Assembly: GCA_965247115.1 (NCBI GenBank)
Contig: CBDFGR010000003.1
Span: 864,001-928,000, forward strand
DNA: 64,000 nucleotides
Origin: Myxococcota bacterium
GTDB lineage: Bacteria; Myxococcota_A; UBA9160; SZUA-336
Reading direction: 5' to 3'
Shown here in pieces: positions 1-9,397 of this stretch. Position 1 is the stretch's first letter, and the number at the start of each line of letters is the position of its first letter. Below the pieces are notes generated by a model. It was not told the origin of the DNA, did not search any database, and was given only the letters and a program-made list of their open reading frames with translations. The position numbers were made by a program, and so were the translations under genes.

Positions 1-18
1 GGAAGCGCGGGATGGTGC

Positions 19-936
19 GTGAACCAGGCGGCCGTATTCGCCACCCGATCCGCCTTCATGGCCAGGGATGCAGCGCGAGCGATCTGGGGCAACGAGCGCG
101 GCGTCGTCGCAAACGGCCCCCCGCCAGGCGGCGAAGCTGCGGAGGTCGAAGGAGGCTACCGACTGAGCGGTCGCTGGACCTTCAGCAGTGGCTGCCGACA
201 CGCGACCTGGCTGGCAGGCATTGCGGCGGTAAAGGAAAACGGGGAACGGCGACAGCTGGCGGACGGCAAACCAGACATACGCTTCATGCTCTTTCCGAAG
301 AGCAAAGCCGAGATCATCGACACATGGGACGTGCGCGGACTTCGCGGCACTGGCAGCCACCACTTCACCGTCGACGGTGTCTTCGTTCCAAGAGCGCGGG
401 CCCCCTCGATCTGGGAGGCATCCGTAGAGCCGGGCATCCTGTACGTGATTCCGATGAACCTGCTCTTCGCGTGCGGCTTTGCTGCGGTGGCGCTCGGCGT
501 AGCCCGCAGTGCGCTCGACGCCACGCTCGAGATCTGCGGAACGAAGAATCCACGCGGCGCGCGGCAGCTCTTGCGCGATCAGGACACCGTGCAGAGGCAG
601 GTGGGCCAGGCCGAGACGATCTGGCACTGTGCAAGAGCCTTTCTGCACGAGAGCGTGAGAGAAGTTTGGGATTCGGTGTCCAGCTCAGGCACCATCAGCG
701 TGAGGGAGCGCATTCGCATGCGCATGGCGGGTACGCATACGATCCGCCTGGCTGCACAAGCCGTGGATCTAGCGTACGAGGTCGCCGGGTCGGACGCCAT
801 CTTCCTGAGCAGCCCGGTGCAGCGACGCTTTCAGGACATCCACGTGATCATCCAGCACGTGCAGGCACGAAGCGCCCACTACGGCTCGATCGGCCGCTTC
901 TTACTCGGCCTCGATCCCGATCCGATGTCAATCTGA
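19..936 (+). CDS. Flavin-dependent monooxygenase oxygenase subunit, acyl-CoA dehydrogenase fold (HsaA/pigment-hydroxylase-like); probably 5'-truncated by window edge
   Basis: Motifs GYRLSGRWTFSSGCRHATW, DTWDVRGLRGTGSH, PVQRRFQDIH; frame is open back to the window start. Confidence 0.8.
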   Translation: MNQAAVFATRSAFMARDAARAIWGNERGVVANGPPPGGEAAEVEGGYRLSGRWTFSSGCRHATWLAGIAAVKENGERRQLADGKPDIRFMLFPKSKAEIIDTWDVRGLRGTGSHHFTVDGVFVPRARAPSIWEASVEPGILYVIPMNLLFACGFAAVALGVARSALDATLEICGTKNPRGARQLLRDQDTVQRQVGQAETIWHCARAFLHESVREVWDSVSSSGTISVRERIRMRMAGTHTIRLAAQAVDLAYEVAGSDAIFLSSPVQRRFQDIHVIIQHVQARSAHYGSIGRFLLGLDPDPMSI

Positions 937-1251
937 GGCAGCGGCCCCCACCTTGGCCGGACCCTTGAGCCGGCCCAGGAAGTCGCCCAAGGGTGCGGCC
1001 GCCAGGGAGGTGATGTTCACCGTTCCCCGCGCCCCCAGGGCGAGCGAGAGCTGCGCCACGGTCTCGTTATCTGGAGCCTCGATCACCGTCACGAAGTCGT
1101 ATTGCCCCAGGACGGCGAACTGCTTCAGGATCTTGCAACCGAAGTAGCTGATCTCCTCGTTCACTTCGTCCAGCCGGTCGGGGCTCTCCCGAAGCGTCTG
1201 CCGCCCTTCTGGCGTCAGCTGGCTGAGCAGCACGAAGGTGGGGACGTACAT
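928..1251 (-). CDS. GYD domain protein, copy 1
   Basis: ~100 aa with LGQYDFVTVIEAPDNETVAQLSL. Confidence 0.85.
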   Translation of the reverse strand: MYVPTFVLLSQLTPEGRQTLRESPDRLDEVNEEISYFGCKILKQFAVLGQYDFVTVIEAPDNETVAQLSLALGARGTVNITSLAAAPLGDFLGRLKGPAKVGAAASD

Positions 1252-1254
1252 CGC

Positions 1255-1563
1255 TCAGGAGCCTCCGACCTGCGAGGACGACTTGAGCTTCTCGCGAAGT
1301 GCCTCCGTGGTGATGGCGGGGAGTGTGAGGATGTTGATGGTCCCCCTTGCTCCCAGATCGACGGAGAGCTGCGCTGCGGTTTCGTTGTCTTCCGCCTCCA
1401 CGATGGTCAGGAAGTCATACGGACCCAGGACCGCGTACTGCGCGACGATCTTGCAGCCGAAGTCGCTGATCTCCTGGTTCACCTCTTGAAGGCGGTCGGG
1501 ACGATTGTAGAGGGTCTTCTGGCCCTCAGGAGTCAGACTGCTGAGAAGGATGTAGGTCGGCAT
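1255..1563 (-). CDS. GYD domain protein, copy 2
   Basis: MPTYILLSSLTPEG...LGPYDFLTIVEAEDNETAAQLSV; start placed at ATG 1563 by alignment with copy 1. Confidence 0.85.
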   Translation of the reverse strand: MPTYILLSSLTPEGQKTLYNRPDRLQEVNQEISDFGCKIVAQYAVLGPYDFLTIVEAEDNETAAQLSVDLGARGTINILTLPAITTEALREKLKSSSQVGGS

Positions 1564-1615
1564 CGCTCGTTCCCCTCGTCGGTTGGAGACAATTCTAGGC
1601 CGGGCGAGGAAACGC

Positions 1616-2323
1616 TTACCACTCTTCTCCGAACGGGCGGAGGTCCACCTCGAAGGACCACGCCGAGCGATCCTGCTCCGACAGTTGATAGACCGTCTCG
1701 GCAAGAGCCGCCGGACGGGCATAGAACTCGTCGGGTCGGTCCGGGGAGCGCTCTCGCGTCCAGGGCAGATCGATCACAGCGTCGATCACCACGTACGCAA
1801 CGTGGACGCCCTTCGGGCCGAGGTCCCGAGCCATGGCCTCGGCAAGGATGCGCTGCGCCGCCTTGGTGGGCGCGAAGGCCGCAAAGTGGGCCTTGCCACG
1901 CCGTGCCGATGTATTTCCTGTGACGATGATCGACCCCCGACCCGCCTCGACCATTGCGGGCGCCACGTCTCGCGCCACGTAGAGGAGCCCCAGGGCGTTG
2001 ACGCGGAAGTTCCTTTCGAAGTCCTCTGGCTCGATCTCCAGAAAGCTACCGAAGGTGCCGCGGGCGGCGTTGTACACGACGACGTCGATCGGGCCGAGCT
2101 CCGAGCGCACGCGCTGCAGGGCCTCGGAGATCTGCTTTTCATCCGAGACATCGGCCGCGAAGCGCCGGCTCCCGGGAATGGTCTTCTCGAGCTCTTCCAG
2201 ACGGCTCTCGTTTCGCGCCAGCATGGCAACCTGAAAGCCCGCGGCCGCGAAGCGGCGGCAGCAGGCGGCGCCAAGCCCGGGACCGACTCCGACAACCACG
2301 CACACTTTTGCTTCCGCACTCAT
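1616..2323 (-). CDS. Short-chain dehydrogenase/reductase (SDR)
   Basis: Rossmann motif VVGVGPGLG, YNAA, atypical FAPTK active-site motif, HVAYVVIDAVID. Confidence 0.85.
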   Translation of the reverse strand: MSAEAKVCVVVGVGPGLGAACCRRFAAAGFQVAMLARNESRLEELEKTIPGSRRFAADVSDEKQISEALQRVRSELGPIDVVVYNAARGTFGSFLEIEPEDFERNFRVNALGLLYVARDVAPAMVEAGRGSIIVTGNTSARRGKAHFAAFAPTKAAQRILAEAMARDLGPKGVHVAYVVIDAVIDLPWTRERSPDRPDEFYARPAALAETVYQLSEQDRSAWSFEVDLRPFGEEW

Positions 2324-2805
2324 CCCTCGCTCCTCTCCGGCCCTCGTTCGCTGGGAACGACCAGGACGGGCCGCCGCGCCTTGCGCAGCACGCCCTCGGT
2401 CACGCTCCCGACCAGGAGCTCGTAGATCGCGCCGTGGCCGTGGGAACCCATCACGATCAGGTCCACGTCCAGCTTCTCGGCCTCCTCCAGGATCTTCACA
2501 ACGGGATCACCCGGCAGCAGCAGCGCGGCCACTTGAACTCCCTCGGCCTCGATTCTGGCCCCGTGCTCCTGCAGCTCGCGGTGCTCGTCACGGAGCTGGT
2601 GCGCGATCTCGTCTCGCGAGAGCACCGTGTAGGCGGGGTCGAAGCCGAACTGCGCCCCGCCCCCGTGGGCCACGTACGTGTGGGGGACCTTTGCAACGTG
2701 GACCAGGTAGAGCCTTGCCTTGAACTCGCTGGCGAGCTCACTTGCAACGTCCAGCATGATCGCCGTCACATCCGAGAGATCGATGGCAACCAGGATGCGC
2801 TTCAT
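2320..2805 (-). CDS. Universal stress protein (UspA family)
   Basis: MKRILVAIDLS...DLIVMGSHGHG...LVGSVTEGVLRKARRPVLVVP. Confidence 0.92.
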   Translation of the reverse strand: MKRILVAIDLSDVTAIMLDVASELASEFKARLYLVHVAKVPHTYVAHGGGAQFGFDPAYTVLSRDEIAHQLRDEHRELQEHGARIEAEGVQVAALLLPGDPVVKILEEAEKLDVDLIVMGSHGHGAIYELLVGSVTEGVLRKARRPVLVVPSERGPERSEG

Positions 2806-2859
2806 GCGTCCAGTATGGCAGAGCCCGTCGCGAAGGCGACAGCAAAACCGAACAGGGGC

Positions 2860-4491
2860 TCAGCGTCGCTGCAGCTCTCGCACCAGGGAGATGCTCCGGG
2901 TCTCGAGCAGGGTGGCCTGGGAGCGTTCGATCGCCGTGATCGCGTTCCGGTAGGCCTGCAGCGACTGGATCACCTGGCTCTCGGACTCGGTCAGATCTTC
3001 CTCGAATTCCAGTACCAGGAACGGTGTCGAGTCTCCGAGACGCAGCCGCTCCTCTTCGGCACGCAGCGTTTCCTGCGACGCGACACGGCGTCGCTCCGAG
3101 GCCGCTACCGAGTCGGCCGAGTTGCGCAACACGCGCGCGGCGTCGCGTACGTCGAGGATAATGTCCTGCTCGACACGCCTCATGCTGGTGAACGCGCGCC
3201 GCAGCTCGATCTTGCGCTGAGCCAGCTCCGCGCGCGCCACGTCGTTCCCGAGCGGCAGCTCGAAGCGCGCACCGATCACCCAACTGCGATTCTGGCTGGC
3301 CGAGAACCAGTCGTCGGTAACCCCAGAGCTGTGCTTCGGAAAAGGCGATACGATCGGGTCCCCCGTCAGGAAGTCTGTACGACCGGTTGACTTCCCAGCC
3401 AGTCCGCTCAGTCGGTACGAGGCGACCAGGTCGAGGCTCGGGAGCAATTGGTTCGTTGCTAGCCGGAGCTGGATCTCGGCATCTTCCACTTGTTTCCGGG
3501 CAATCTGAATCTCGGGACGCAGACGCATAGCCCGCCGGATGATCACGTCTGGTTCGACGGTGTAGTCCACGAAGGTCGGGTCGTCGACGACGAGCCGGGT
3601 GCTCTCGAACTCCTCCATCGTTGGCGCCGCGATCAGATCCAGTAGCGCGTCCTCGGCGCCCTCGGCGCGATTCAGCGCGACGATCGCCGTCACCTCGCGC
3701 TCCGCGACACCCGCCTCGGCCTGGGTGACCAGGACTTTTGACACGACGCCAACCTCATACCGGACGCGGGTCTGCTCGAGCAGATCCCGCGCGGTCTGGA
3801 GGCTCTTCTGGGCAACGCCCTCCTCGGCCCGGGCTGCCCCGAGCTCCCAGTAGGCGAACTCCACGGTACGAACCTCGTCCATCAGGTCCTCCCGGAAGTC
3901 CTCGACCGAGATGTCGAGCCCGATCTCGCTCCGCTCGACGGTGACGGAGGCGGGATTGCTGAACAGGTTCTTGAGGACCGGAATCGTGAGCTCGCTCTCC
4001 CAGTCCCCGCGCCACTCGGGCAAGAGGGCGCTAAAAGCCGATGAGGTCTCTAGCCGACGGACGTTGTAGCTGGAAGTGTAGGTCACTCCAGCGGGCACCA
4101 GCCCCGCGACACCGCCGCTGTAGAGCCACTGCTTGTCCTTGATCGAGGTACCTCCACCTAGAGCTACCTGGAAGGGATTGAAGATCGGGGTCTCGTTGTC
4201 CGCGAACTCGTGATCCAAGTAGAGCTGCGGGTCGAAGGCGCCACCGGCGCGCTCGACCTGTTGCTGGGCTAGCTCTGGCCCCGTCCGGGCGATGATCAGG
4301 TTCAGGTTGTTCTCCAGCGCCAACCGGATCGCGTCATCGCGGCTGATGCGAAGCTCCGAACCGAGCGCGGGCTGCGACATGACCGTGCCTGCCGGAGGAC
4401 CTGCAGGCGGCGGCTCCGGAGCTTCGTCCGCCCTCGCCACGCTGGACAGAAGGAAGATCGCCAACCCTATTGCGCGTACGGACTTACTCAC
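2860..4491 (-). CDS. TolC-family outer membrane efflux protein
   Basis: Signal peptide, DAIRLALENNLNL, RRPEI-type repeat, LLPSLDL, helical two-repeat organisation. Confidence 0.85.
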   Translation of the reverse strand: MSKSVRAIGLAIFLLSSVARADEAPEPPPAGPPAGTVMSQPALGSELRISRDDAIRLALENNLNLIIARTGPELAQQQVERAGGAFDPQLYLDHEFADNETPIFNPFQVALGGGTSIKDKQWLYSGGVAGLVPAGVTYTSSYNVRRLETSSAFSALLPEWRGDWESELTIPVLKNLFSNPASVTVERSEIGLDISVEDFREDLMDEVRTVEFAYWELGAARAEEGVAQKSLQTARDLLEQTRVRYEVGVVSKVLVTQAEAGVAEREVTAIVALNRAEGAEDALLDLIAAPTMEEFESTRLVVDDPTFVDYTVEPDVIIRRAMRLRPEIQIARKQVEDAEIQLRLATNQLLPSLDLVASYRLSGLAGKSTGRTDFLTGDPIVSPFPKHSSGVTDDWFSASQNRSWVIGARFELPLGNDVARAELAQRKIELRRAFTSMRRVEQDIILDVRDAARVLRNSADSVAASERRRVASQETLRAEEERLRLGDSTPFLVLEFEEDLTESESQVIQSLQAYRNAITAIERSQATLLETRSISLVRELQRR

Positions 4492-5117
4492 GTGCGTTCT
4501 CCTGCTCCAATTCCGTTTACGAACATGCCCACGATCGCGGCAACCTCGGCGGCGGTCGAAGTCGGTTCCGCCTGTCGGAGTCGCTCGGTGATCGCGCCCC
4601 TTGTCAGCTCGACCAGCGCCCGGGCAGCGCGTCGCGAGTCGATCTTCCGGAAGGCACCCGCGCGGATGCCCCGTTCGATCAGGCCGACGAGAAAGTGGAG
4701 GTAGGCTTCTGTGTGCGGCTGCAAGTCCCGGAGCAAAGACCCGCCGCTGGTGCCGAGCTGCGGCCAGGTCTCGAGCGATTCGAAGAACGCGCGCTGGTCC
4801 TCCGAGTGCTCAAGCCAGGCTTGGACCACCGCGCACAGCTTGGCGTGGGGACCGCGGGCTCGCCGCGCGGCGTTGCGCGACCGATCGATCAAGAGCCCGA
4901 AGCCGTACTTCAGCGCTTCGACCAGGAGGGCGTCCTTGCCCTCGAAGTACAGATAGATCGTCCCCTTGGAGATACCCGCCTCCTGAGCGATGCGTTCCAT
5001 GGAGGCCTCAGCAAAGCCGATCTCCGCGATCACCCGCCTGGCCGCCCCGAGGATCTCCGAGGTTCGGAAGTCCCGGATCACCTGCTCCTTGGTTCTCACC
5101 GGCTGGTCCAGCTGCAT
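4488..5117 (-). CDS. TetR/AcrR family transcriptional regulator
   Basis: HTH ASMERIAQEAGISKGTIYLYFEGKDAL. Confidence 0.92.
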   Translation of the reverse strand: MQLDQPVRTKEQVIRDFRTSEILGAARRVIAEIGFAEASMERIAQEAGISKGTIYLYFEGKDALLVEALKYGFGLLIDRSRNAARRARGPHAKLCAVVQAWLEHSEDQRAFFESLETWPQLGTSGGSLLRDLQPHTEAYLHFLVGLIERGIRAGAFRKIDSRRAARALVELTRGAITERLRQAEPTSTAAEVAAIVGMFVNGIGAGERT

Positions 5118-5136
5118 GGATGTCCCGTCAGTTAAA

Positions 5137-5150
5137 TGACCTATCGGTCA
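5137..5150. promoter_or_regulatory. Candidate TetR operator TGACC-N4-GGTCA
   Basis: Perfect 5-bp inverted repeat 20 nt upstream of the tetR start, in the divergent intergenic region. Confidence 0.55.
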
Positions 5151-5266
5151 GCGTAGACTCATCGATCCGTCGATTGCAAGCGACAGACGGGCCCGCACGA
5201 CCCTTCGAAACCCGGGTAGGATTGCGGTCGACCTCGCTCGGCGAGCGCACGGAAAGGAGGAGCGGC

Positions 5267-7468
5267 ATGCGTGGCCCTCTCGACAGGATCAAGCTGCATG
5301 CGACCGCCACTGCGATCCTCGTACTCGTGACGCGAGCGGCCGCCGCCGACCCGGGAACCGGCTTCTTCCCCTCGTCGCTATCGTCCCAGCAGCAAGCGGA
5401 AGCAACGTTCCTCGCAACGCCAACTCCCGAGAAGGCGCGGGCCTGGCTCGCGTTTCTCACGGAGGAGCCCCACGTCGCGGGCACGGAGCAGCAGCGCCTG
5501 ATCGCGGAGTACCTGCGCGAGCAGCTCGAGAGCTTCGGGCTGGAGACCGAGATGGTCCGCTACGACGTCTTCCTGAACTACCCGCGCTCGGTGTCCCTGC
5601 GCCTGACGGAGCCGGAGGAGATCGAGCTCGCGCTGATCGAGGACTTCTACGCGGAAGACAAGGATTCGGCCAAGAGCAACGTCCTGCCTGGCTTTCACGG
5701 CTACGGCGCGGCAGGCACGGCCACCGGACAGGTCGTCTATGCGAACTACGGCACCCGCGCGGACTTCGAGCGGCTCGAAAAGATGGGCGTCTCCGTGTCA
5801 GGACGCATCGTGCTCGCACGCTACGGCAGTGTCTTGCGCGGCCTGAAGGTGAAAGAGGCCGAGCAGCGCGGGGCCGCCGGAGTGGTGATCTACTCCGACC
5901 CCGCGGACGATGGCTACATGAAAGGAGACGTCTATCCGCAGGGTCCCATGCGCCCACCCTCGGCCATCCAGCGCGGCTCCGTCCAGTATCTGACCTTGCA
6001 GCCCGGCGACCCGAGCACGCCCGGCTACCCGTCAACTCCGCGCGCGAGACGCGTCTCGCGCGATCGCATGCAGACCGTGCCGAGAATTCCGTCGCTTCCG
6101 ATCAGCTATCGCGAGGCGGAGAAGGTGCTCCGCCGCCTCGGTGGAGCGCGCGTTCCGGACGAGTGGCAAGGTGGGTTGCCCTTCGCGTACCACATCGGAC
6201 CTGGCGGAGCCGCGCTCGAGCTGCAGGTCGATCTGGATGAGGGGCTCCGCTCCATCTTCAACGTCTTCGGTCGGATTCGTGGCAGCGAAGAGCCGGAGCG
6301 CCAGGTGATCATCGGAAACCACGCGGATGCCTGGACTCACGGGGCCGTCGATCCGAACTCGGGAACCGCCACCTGGCTGGAAACGGCGCGCGGCCTTGCC
6401 GAAGCCGTGAAGACGGGCTGGAAGCCGCGCCGCAGCATCCTGCTCGCGAGCTGGGACGCGGAGGAGTACGGGCTGGTGGGATCGACCGAGTGGGGTGAGG
6501 CGAACGCCACCGAGCTCAGGGAGAACACGGTCGCGTACATCAACCTCGACTCGTCGGTGACCGGCCCGAAGCTTGCCGTCAGCGGCACTCCCTCGCTGCA
6601 CGACCTGGTGCGAGACGCGGCGAACGACGTGAGCGAGCCGCTCAAAGGGAGCAGCGTCGGCGCGGCATGGGAGCGCGAGCTGCGAGCGCGCTGGGCAACG
6701 GTGAGCCCCGTCGAGCTCTCTGACCCGGACTCGGCGTTCTTCCCGGTCCTCGAACCACTTGGCTCTGGATCCGACTACACCGTGTTCCTGGACCACCTCG
6801 GAATCCCCTCCGTGACTTTCAGTTTCACTGGAAAGTACGGCGTCTATCACTCGATGTACGACAACTTTGCGTGGATGGAGCGCTTCGGCGATCCGCAGTT
6901 CCTCTATCACGCGGTGGCAGCGCGCTTCTACGGTCTGATGGCGATGCGGCTGGCCGCCGCCGAGGTCGTTCCCCTGCGCTTCGGCTCCTACGCGCTCGCT
7001 CTGCGCCTCCATCTCGACGAGCTTCGGCGCAAGACCATCCGCAAGCTGCGTGGCGCTGAGGACGCGAGCACAGCGGCGACACCCGCCGCGATCAAGCCGG
7101 ACTACGGCCCTGTTGTGGCAGCTCTGCAGCGGCTCGAAGTTGCGGGGGTCGCGCTCGACGCGGAGCTCGACGGGCTCGTGCAGCGCGAGGATGCACTGGC
7201 CGCAGCGCGTGTCAGCGAGGCTTTGATCCGACTCGAACGCACCTTCCTCAGTGAGGACGGCTTGCCCGGTCGGTCCTGGTTTCGACACCTGCTCTACGCT
7301 CCGGGCCTCACCACAGGCTACGCAGCATGGGCGTTCCCCGAGCTGACCGAGGCCGTCGAGAATGCAGACCCGGTGCTCTTCGAGCGGGGCACGGGTCGCG
7401 TGGTGGCGGCGCTCGAGGCGGCCACGGAACAGCTCAGGCGCGCGACCTCGCTCGCAAGGAGACCCTGA
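5267..7468 (+). CDS. M28 family peptidase (glutamate carboxypeptidase II / transferrin-receptor-like, PA domain)
   Basis: EEPHVAGT, VVYANYG, IQRGSV, GNHADAW, DPNSGT, SWDAEEYGLVGSTEW, YHSMYDNF; SD AGGAGG before ATG 5267. Confidence 0.9.
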   Translation: MRGPLDRIKLHATATAILVLVTRAAAADPGTGFFPSSLSSQQQAEATFLATPTPEKARAWLAFLTEEPHVAGTEQQRLIAEYLREQLESFGLETEMVRYDVFLNYPRSVSLRLTEPEEIELALIEDFYAEDKDSAKSNVLPGFHGYGAAGTATGQVVYANYGTRADFERLEKMGVSVSGRIVLARYGSVLRGLKVKEAEQRGAAGVVIYSDPADDGYMKGDVYPQGPMRPPSAIQRGSVQYLTLQPGDPSTPGYPSTPRARRVSRDRMQTVPRIPSLPISYREAEKVLRRLGGARVPDEWQGGLPFAYHIGPGGAALELQVDLDEGLRSIFNVFGRIRGSEEPERQVIIGNHADAWTHGAVDPNSGTATWLETARGLAEAVKTGWKPRRSILLASWDAEEYGLVGSTEWGEANATELRENTVAYINLDSSVTGPKLAVSGTPSLHDLVRDAANDVSEPLKGSSVGAAWERELRARWATVSPVELSDPDSAFFPVLEPLGSGSDYTVFLDHLGIPSVTFSFTGKYGVYHSMYDNFAWMERFGDPQFLYHAVAARFYGLMAMRLAAAEVVPLRFGSYALALRLHLDELRRKTIRKLRGAEDASTAATPAAIKPDYGPVVAALQRLEVAGVALDAELDGLVQREDALAAARVSEALIRLERTFLSEDGLPGRSWFRHLLYAPGLTTGYAAWAFPELTEAVENADPVLFERGTGRVVAALEAATEQLRRATSLARRP

Positions 7469-8637
7469 TGGATTTCGAGCTGCCGGAAGAGGCACGGATG
7501 CTCCAGGATCTGGTCCAGAAGTTCGTGGCCAACGAGCTCTTGCCGCTGGAGCCCGCCGTCCTCGAACGCGAGGCCCGCGGCGAGCAGGTGCGGCTGACAC
7601 CGGAGGAGATCGCGCCGCTCCACGACAAGTGCAGGGAGATCGGGCTCTGGGGGCTGGACGTCCCGCCCGAGCTCGGCGGCGAGGACATCGGAACGGTGGC
7701 AAAGATCTGTGTCAGTGGGGAGCTGGCCAAGACGATCGTGCCCTTCGTGTTCCCCCCGGACTCCCCGAATCTCCACATGCTGATCGCGACCGTGAACGAG
7801 GACCAGCGGGAGCGATATCTGCTGCCCTACGCGAGGGGAGAGACGGTCTCGGCGATCGCCATCTCCGAGCCCGGAGCCGGCTCCGACCCATCCGGCATGA
7901 CGACCCACGCCGAGCGTGACGGCGACGGCTGGCGGATCAACGGCCGCAAGATCTGGATCAGCCGTGCACCCGAGGCAGACTTCACCATTGCGATGGCGCG
8001 CACGGATCCGGGCGTCGAGGGACGAGACGGCATCACTGCCTTCTTGGTCGATCGCGACACTCCGGGCTTCGAGGTCGGCACAGCGCACCCGATGCTGGGC
8101 GGCTACTGCACATACGAGGTCGCCTTCGACAACTGTCGTGTGTCGGACGACCAGGTGCTGGGGCGAGTGGGCGGAGGCTTTGCCCCCATGCAGCTGCGGC
8201 TGACGGTGCGGCGCCTGGAGATGGGAGCGTGGTCCGTCGCGATGGCGCAGCGTGCGCTCGACATGATGGTGCAGCACGCGAAGTCACGCCGGACCTTCGG
8301 CACGCTGCTCGCCGATCGGCAAGCAATCCAGTGGTGGATCGCGGACGCCGCAACCCAGATTCACGCAGCCGAGCTCATGGTGCGGGAGGCCGCGTGGAAG
8401 GTGGAGCGCGGCGACGACGTGCGAACCGAAGCCTCGATGATCAAGGTGTTCTCCACCGAGATGGCGACGGACGTCATCGACCACGCCATCCAGACCTTCG
8501 GCGCCATGGGCATCGCGAAGGAAACACCGCTCCACCTGATGTACCAGCAGCTCCGCGCCTACCGCATCTTCGAAGGCCCCACCGAAGTCCACCGCTGGGT
8601 CATCGCCCGCCGCACCCTCCGCAACGCCCCCGACTAG
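7468..8637 (+). CDS. Acyl-CoA dehydrogenase
   Basis: MDFELPEE start, AISEPGAGSD, INGRKIWIS, RIFEGPTEVHR; TGATG coupling to the upstream peptidase. Confidence 0.92.
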   Translation: MDFELPEEARMLQDLVQKFVANELLPLEPAVLEREARGEQVRLTPEEIAPLHDKCREIGLWGLDVPPELGGEDIGTVAKICVSGELAKTIVPFVFPPDSPNLHMLIATVNEDQRERYLLPYARGETVSAIAISEPGAGSDPSGMTTHAERDGDGWRINGRKIWISRAPEADFTIAMARTDPGVEGRDGITAFLVDRDTPGFEVGTAHPMLGGYCTYEVAFDNCRVSDDQVLGRVGGGFAPMQLRLTVRRLEMGAWSVAMAQRALDMMVQHAKSRRTFGTLLADRQAIQWWIADAATQIHAAELMVREAAWKVERGDDVRTEASMIKVFSTEMATDVIDHAIQTFGAMGIAKETPLHLMYQQLRAYRIFEGPTEVHRWVIARRTLRNAPD

Positions 8638-8653
8638 CTATACGCACGCCCAC

Positions 8654-9361
8654 CTACACCGGAGACGCCCGCGCCCCCCCAGGCACCTCCAAGGGATCGA
8701 TCAACCCGCCACGGCGCCAACCCTGGGCCAGCAGCCACGTGTGAGCACCTGCGACTGGCCGAGCGCCAAAATCGCGCCGAACCAGCGCCGTCCCTCTCTT
8801 CCAGCCGTCAAACCAACGCCCGGATGAGGCCGAATCGATGCCGCGGAGCGCCGCGCGGCGATGCCGTGCCGCGTTGAGCAGCACGTACCGGATCGCGTTC
8901 CGAACTTCTCGCGGGGTCTTCAACACCCGCATATGGTAACGATCCGCAAGCAACCCCCCTCGCCACCCGAACGCACTCCCCATCGCCCCCAACATCCTCC
9001 TGGTGAACGACTTCATCCCCCGACCGAGCGCACCCCGATCCTTCGCCTCAACGATAAGGTGCGCGTGATCCCGCAAGAGCGCGTAGTGCACCACCCGAAA
9101 CTCTCCCCGGTCGCACCCACGCGCCAACGTCTCCTCAAACGCCCGCACAAATGCGGGAGCCCGCAATGACGGAGCACCATCGCGCACGCGCAGGGTCACG
9201 TGGCATGGATGCCTCGATGCGAAACTCCGCCGACTTCGGTGGCGGACCAGCGGATTCGGCCCAGGCTTACGTCCCGCTCCCTCGCGCCGCCCGCCATGAC
9301 GCGCCCGAAGCCGTAGAATAAGGGAGAGCTGTCGGTCTGACTTCTTCAATATATTCACCAA
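8654..9361 (-). CDS. HUH/Y1 tyrosine transposase-like nuclease (RAYT/IS200-like), copy 1
   Basis: HVTLR, HUH motif HAHLIVEA, catalytic-Tyr region RNAIRYVLLN; TTG start at 9361 chosen by alignment with copy 2 and promoter position. Confidence 0.8.
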   Translation of the reverse strand: MVNILKKSDRQLSLILRLRARHGGRREGAGRKPGPNPLVRHRSRRSFASRHPCHVTLRVRDGAPSLRAPAFVRAFEETLARGCDRGEFRVVHYALLRDHAHLIVEAKDRGALGRGMKSFTRRMLGAMGSAFGWRGGLLADRYHMRVLKTPREVRNAIRYVLLNAARHRRAALRGIDSASSGRWFDGWKRGTALVRRDFGARPVAGAHTWLLAQGWRRGGLIDPLEVPGGARASPV

Positions 9362-9368
9362 TCGGTGT

Positions 9369-9397
9369 AGATTAGGGCTTTCTATTAATTGTGTCAA
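9369..9397 (-). promoter_or_regulatory. Sigma70-type promoter of HUH nuclease copy 1 (TTGACA-N17-TAATCT)
   Basis: -35 at 9397-9392, 17-nt spacer, -10 at 9374-9369, 7 nt before the TTG start. Confidence 0.6.

Noticed and set aside
4601..5266. N-terminal extensions of ORF-track calls (M28 from 4601, ptsI from 45212, carD from 36296, nudC from 58247, cysS from 34269)
   Set aside because: They overlap neighbouring genes or low-complexity sequence; downstream starts fit family N-termini or SD sites better.
8654..9361. IS605/TnpB or IscB RNA-guided system
   Set aside because: No RuvC-containing ORF lies next to either HUH gene.
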